Below, piece by piece: positions 23,852-25,234 of a stretch of DNA of 25,234 bases. Under the pieces are notes generated by a model. It did no database searches and was not told the DNA's origin. It saw only the letters and a list, made by a program, of their open reading frames with translations. Each line of letters starts with the position of its first letter. Positions within the stretch are counted from its first letter, which is position 1. A program made the translations under genes and the position numbers. The stretch is from Verrucomicrobiia bacterium (GTDB lineage Bacteria; Verrucomicrobiota; Verrucomicrobiia; Limisphaerales; UBA11358): the NCBI GenBank assembly GCA_035945915.1, contig DASYZW010000541.1:1-25234 (forward strand), written 5' to 3'.

Positions 23852-25234
23852 CTATTGATATAACTCGCTTTCAATCCAGGTTTGGGCGGCCTGTAACAAT
23901 TCGATGTCATACGGTCCATTGTGAACACCGAAACTGCCGTCGTAATCAACCAGGTACAAATCAAACCGGGCCATCTTGATGTCGTTGGGAATTAATGCCT
24001 GTTGCGCGGTAGTCGGTCCGGCGGCGCCGGTGGATAGGCTGCCTGGCGTCGTGTATTCCCACGCCAGCGCGCCATATTGTTGGGCCATCGATGCGAGCGC
24101 GGCATTGGTAGACGTCGACGCGACGGTCGTCGCCCAGAGATTCAAATAAGACTTTGTCTGCTGAATTTGGCCGGCGATGCTGTTGGTGACAAATTGGACC
24201 AGCAAAGCCGGATCGCTGTGGCAATTGTAACAAACCTGGTAGCTGGCGACGGCGAACGTGTGGCCGCTGAAATCGTTGGTTGTCTGCATGTGGCATTCGG
24301 CGCACTGCATTTCAAGGCGGGAGTGCGTGGACGGATACCCTGGCGAAGGCCCGGTCGTTAACTGGCCAACCGTTCCCAGGAGCATGTTGTATTGGGGCGA
24401 TTCGTGCGGCGAACGCGACGTGTCCGTCCAGGCTGAGCCCCGATCATTATGGCACTGCGCGCAAAGGTTGATGTTTGCATTATAGACATTGGTGAACGTA
24501 TTGGTGGTGCTCAGGACGAAATCGGTGGTTGATGACAACGCGCAAAGTAACTGGTTCGTATAAACCCGCCCCAGTTGAGTGTTGTCAATCACACTGGCAT
24601 TGCCGGTGAGCGGATTTGTAAACGTCATGACACCGCTCAATTCATTTGTCCAAACATGGACGGCGTGAGGGTCATGACAGACTGCGCAAGTGATCGGCAC
24701 ATCGAAATCGTTCGTCAGCGTGACACCTGGATTTTGACCTGCCATGAGTGCGAGACGCGCCGAACCTGAGTGGCAACGGCCGCAGTTGTTGATATTGGCC
24801 GCGGAAGCGCTCATGACTGATAACACATCCGGAACGACCGATGCATGCGGAGAAGCGGCCCAATCTTCAAAATACGGCAAATGCTCACTGGCCACCGATG
24901 CCGGCACATACTGCGCATTGTGACAGCCGCCACAATCCTGCGCGGCCAATTCGACTTGCGGGATTACCGTAGGATCCGACGGGTTCGCGGCGTGATTGGC
25001 GGCGGGGCCGTGGCAGTTTTCGCATTGAACGCCCTCGAGCTTTGGCGTCTTCAAGGAACTGACAAAGCCGCCCGTTAATCCGGAACCCACCGTATGGCAA
25101 GCCAGGCACGCAGCGTTGGTCTGGCCTCCCTGCGCCACAAATAAAGCATTGGTGAACGCCTGAGAATGCGCGGTGGATATGGCCGTTGTCAAAATGCCGC
25201 CGTGGCAGGTGGCGCAATTGGCCGCCCCGCCATA
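23852..25234 (-). CDS. Large multiheme cytochrome c (at least 9 hemes; 5' end beyond the right edge)
   Basis: The frame stays open to base 25234 (YGGAANCATCHGGIL..). Motifs: CATCH, CLACH, CENCH, CGGCH, CGRCH, CAVCH, CAQCH, CAECH, CYNCH, and a C-terminal helical region ending YDGSFGVHNGPY. Confidence 0.9.
   Translation of the reverse strand, partial: YGGAANCATCHGGILTTAISTAHSQAFTNALFVAQGGQTNAACLACHTVGSGLTGGFVSSLKTPKLEGVQCENCHGPAANHAANPSDPTVIPQVELAAQDCGGCHNAQYVPASVASEHLPYFEDWAASPHASVVPDVLSVMSASAANINNCGRCHSGSARLALMAGQNPGVTLTNDFDVPITCAVCHDPHAVHVWTNELSGVMTFTNPLTGNASVIDNTQLGRVYTNQLLCALSSTTDFVLSTTNTFTNVYNANINLCAQCHNDRGSAWTDTSRSPHESPQYNMLLGTVGQLTTGPSPGYPSTHSRLEMQCAECHMQTTNDFSGHTFAVASYQVCYNCHSDPALLVQFVTNSIAGQIQQTKSYLNLWATTVASTSTNAALASMAQQYGALAWEYTTPGSLSTGAAGPTTAQQALIPNDIKMARFDLYLVDYDGSFGVHNGPYDIELLQAAQTWIESELYQ

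Noticed and set aside
23852-25234. Calling the edge cytochrome NrfA or the locus a nitrite-ammonification cluster
   Set aside because: No CxxCK catalytic motif is visible, and the NapC-like protein has 7 hemes and 3 TMs, unlike NrfH.

Overview
GC-rich bacterial window that is almost entirely one iron/heme/respiration locus. The taxonomy cannot be fixed from sequence alone; my impression of the protein style is Verrucomicrobiota, which is unverified. From left to right: feoB (cut by the left edge) and feoA (-); a universal stress protein (+); hemN-hemY-hemH (-); a divergent (+) string of two near-identical monoheme cytochromes c, a 7-heme 3-TM NapC/NirT-type protein (ImcH-like) and two multiheme-c/cytochrome-b fusions (CbcL-like, 11 and 9 CxxCH); and a lower-GC orphan gene. 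A convergent (-) string runs in from the right edge: a large multiheme cytochrome (at least 9 CxxCH, 5' end outside the window), an 8-heme MtrA/DmsE-like lipoprotein, an MtrB/PioB-like beta-barrel, an uncharacterised duplicated-domain lipoprotein, System II cytochrome c maturation (ccsB/resB, ccsA) and a three-gene transhydrogenase (pntA1, pntA2, pntB). At least 46 heme c attachment motifs are visible. The best reading is a self-contained candidate extracellular electron transfer (EET) island. It pairs Geobacter-type inner-membrane quinol oxidases with an Mtr/Mto-type porin-cytochrome conduit and carries its own iron uptake, late heme synthesis and heme attachment genes. No rRNA, tRNA, CRISPR array or transposase was found. 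Family names come from motif recognition, not database searches.
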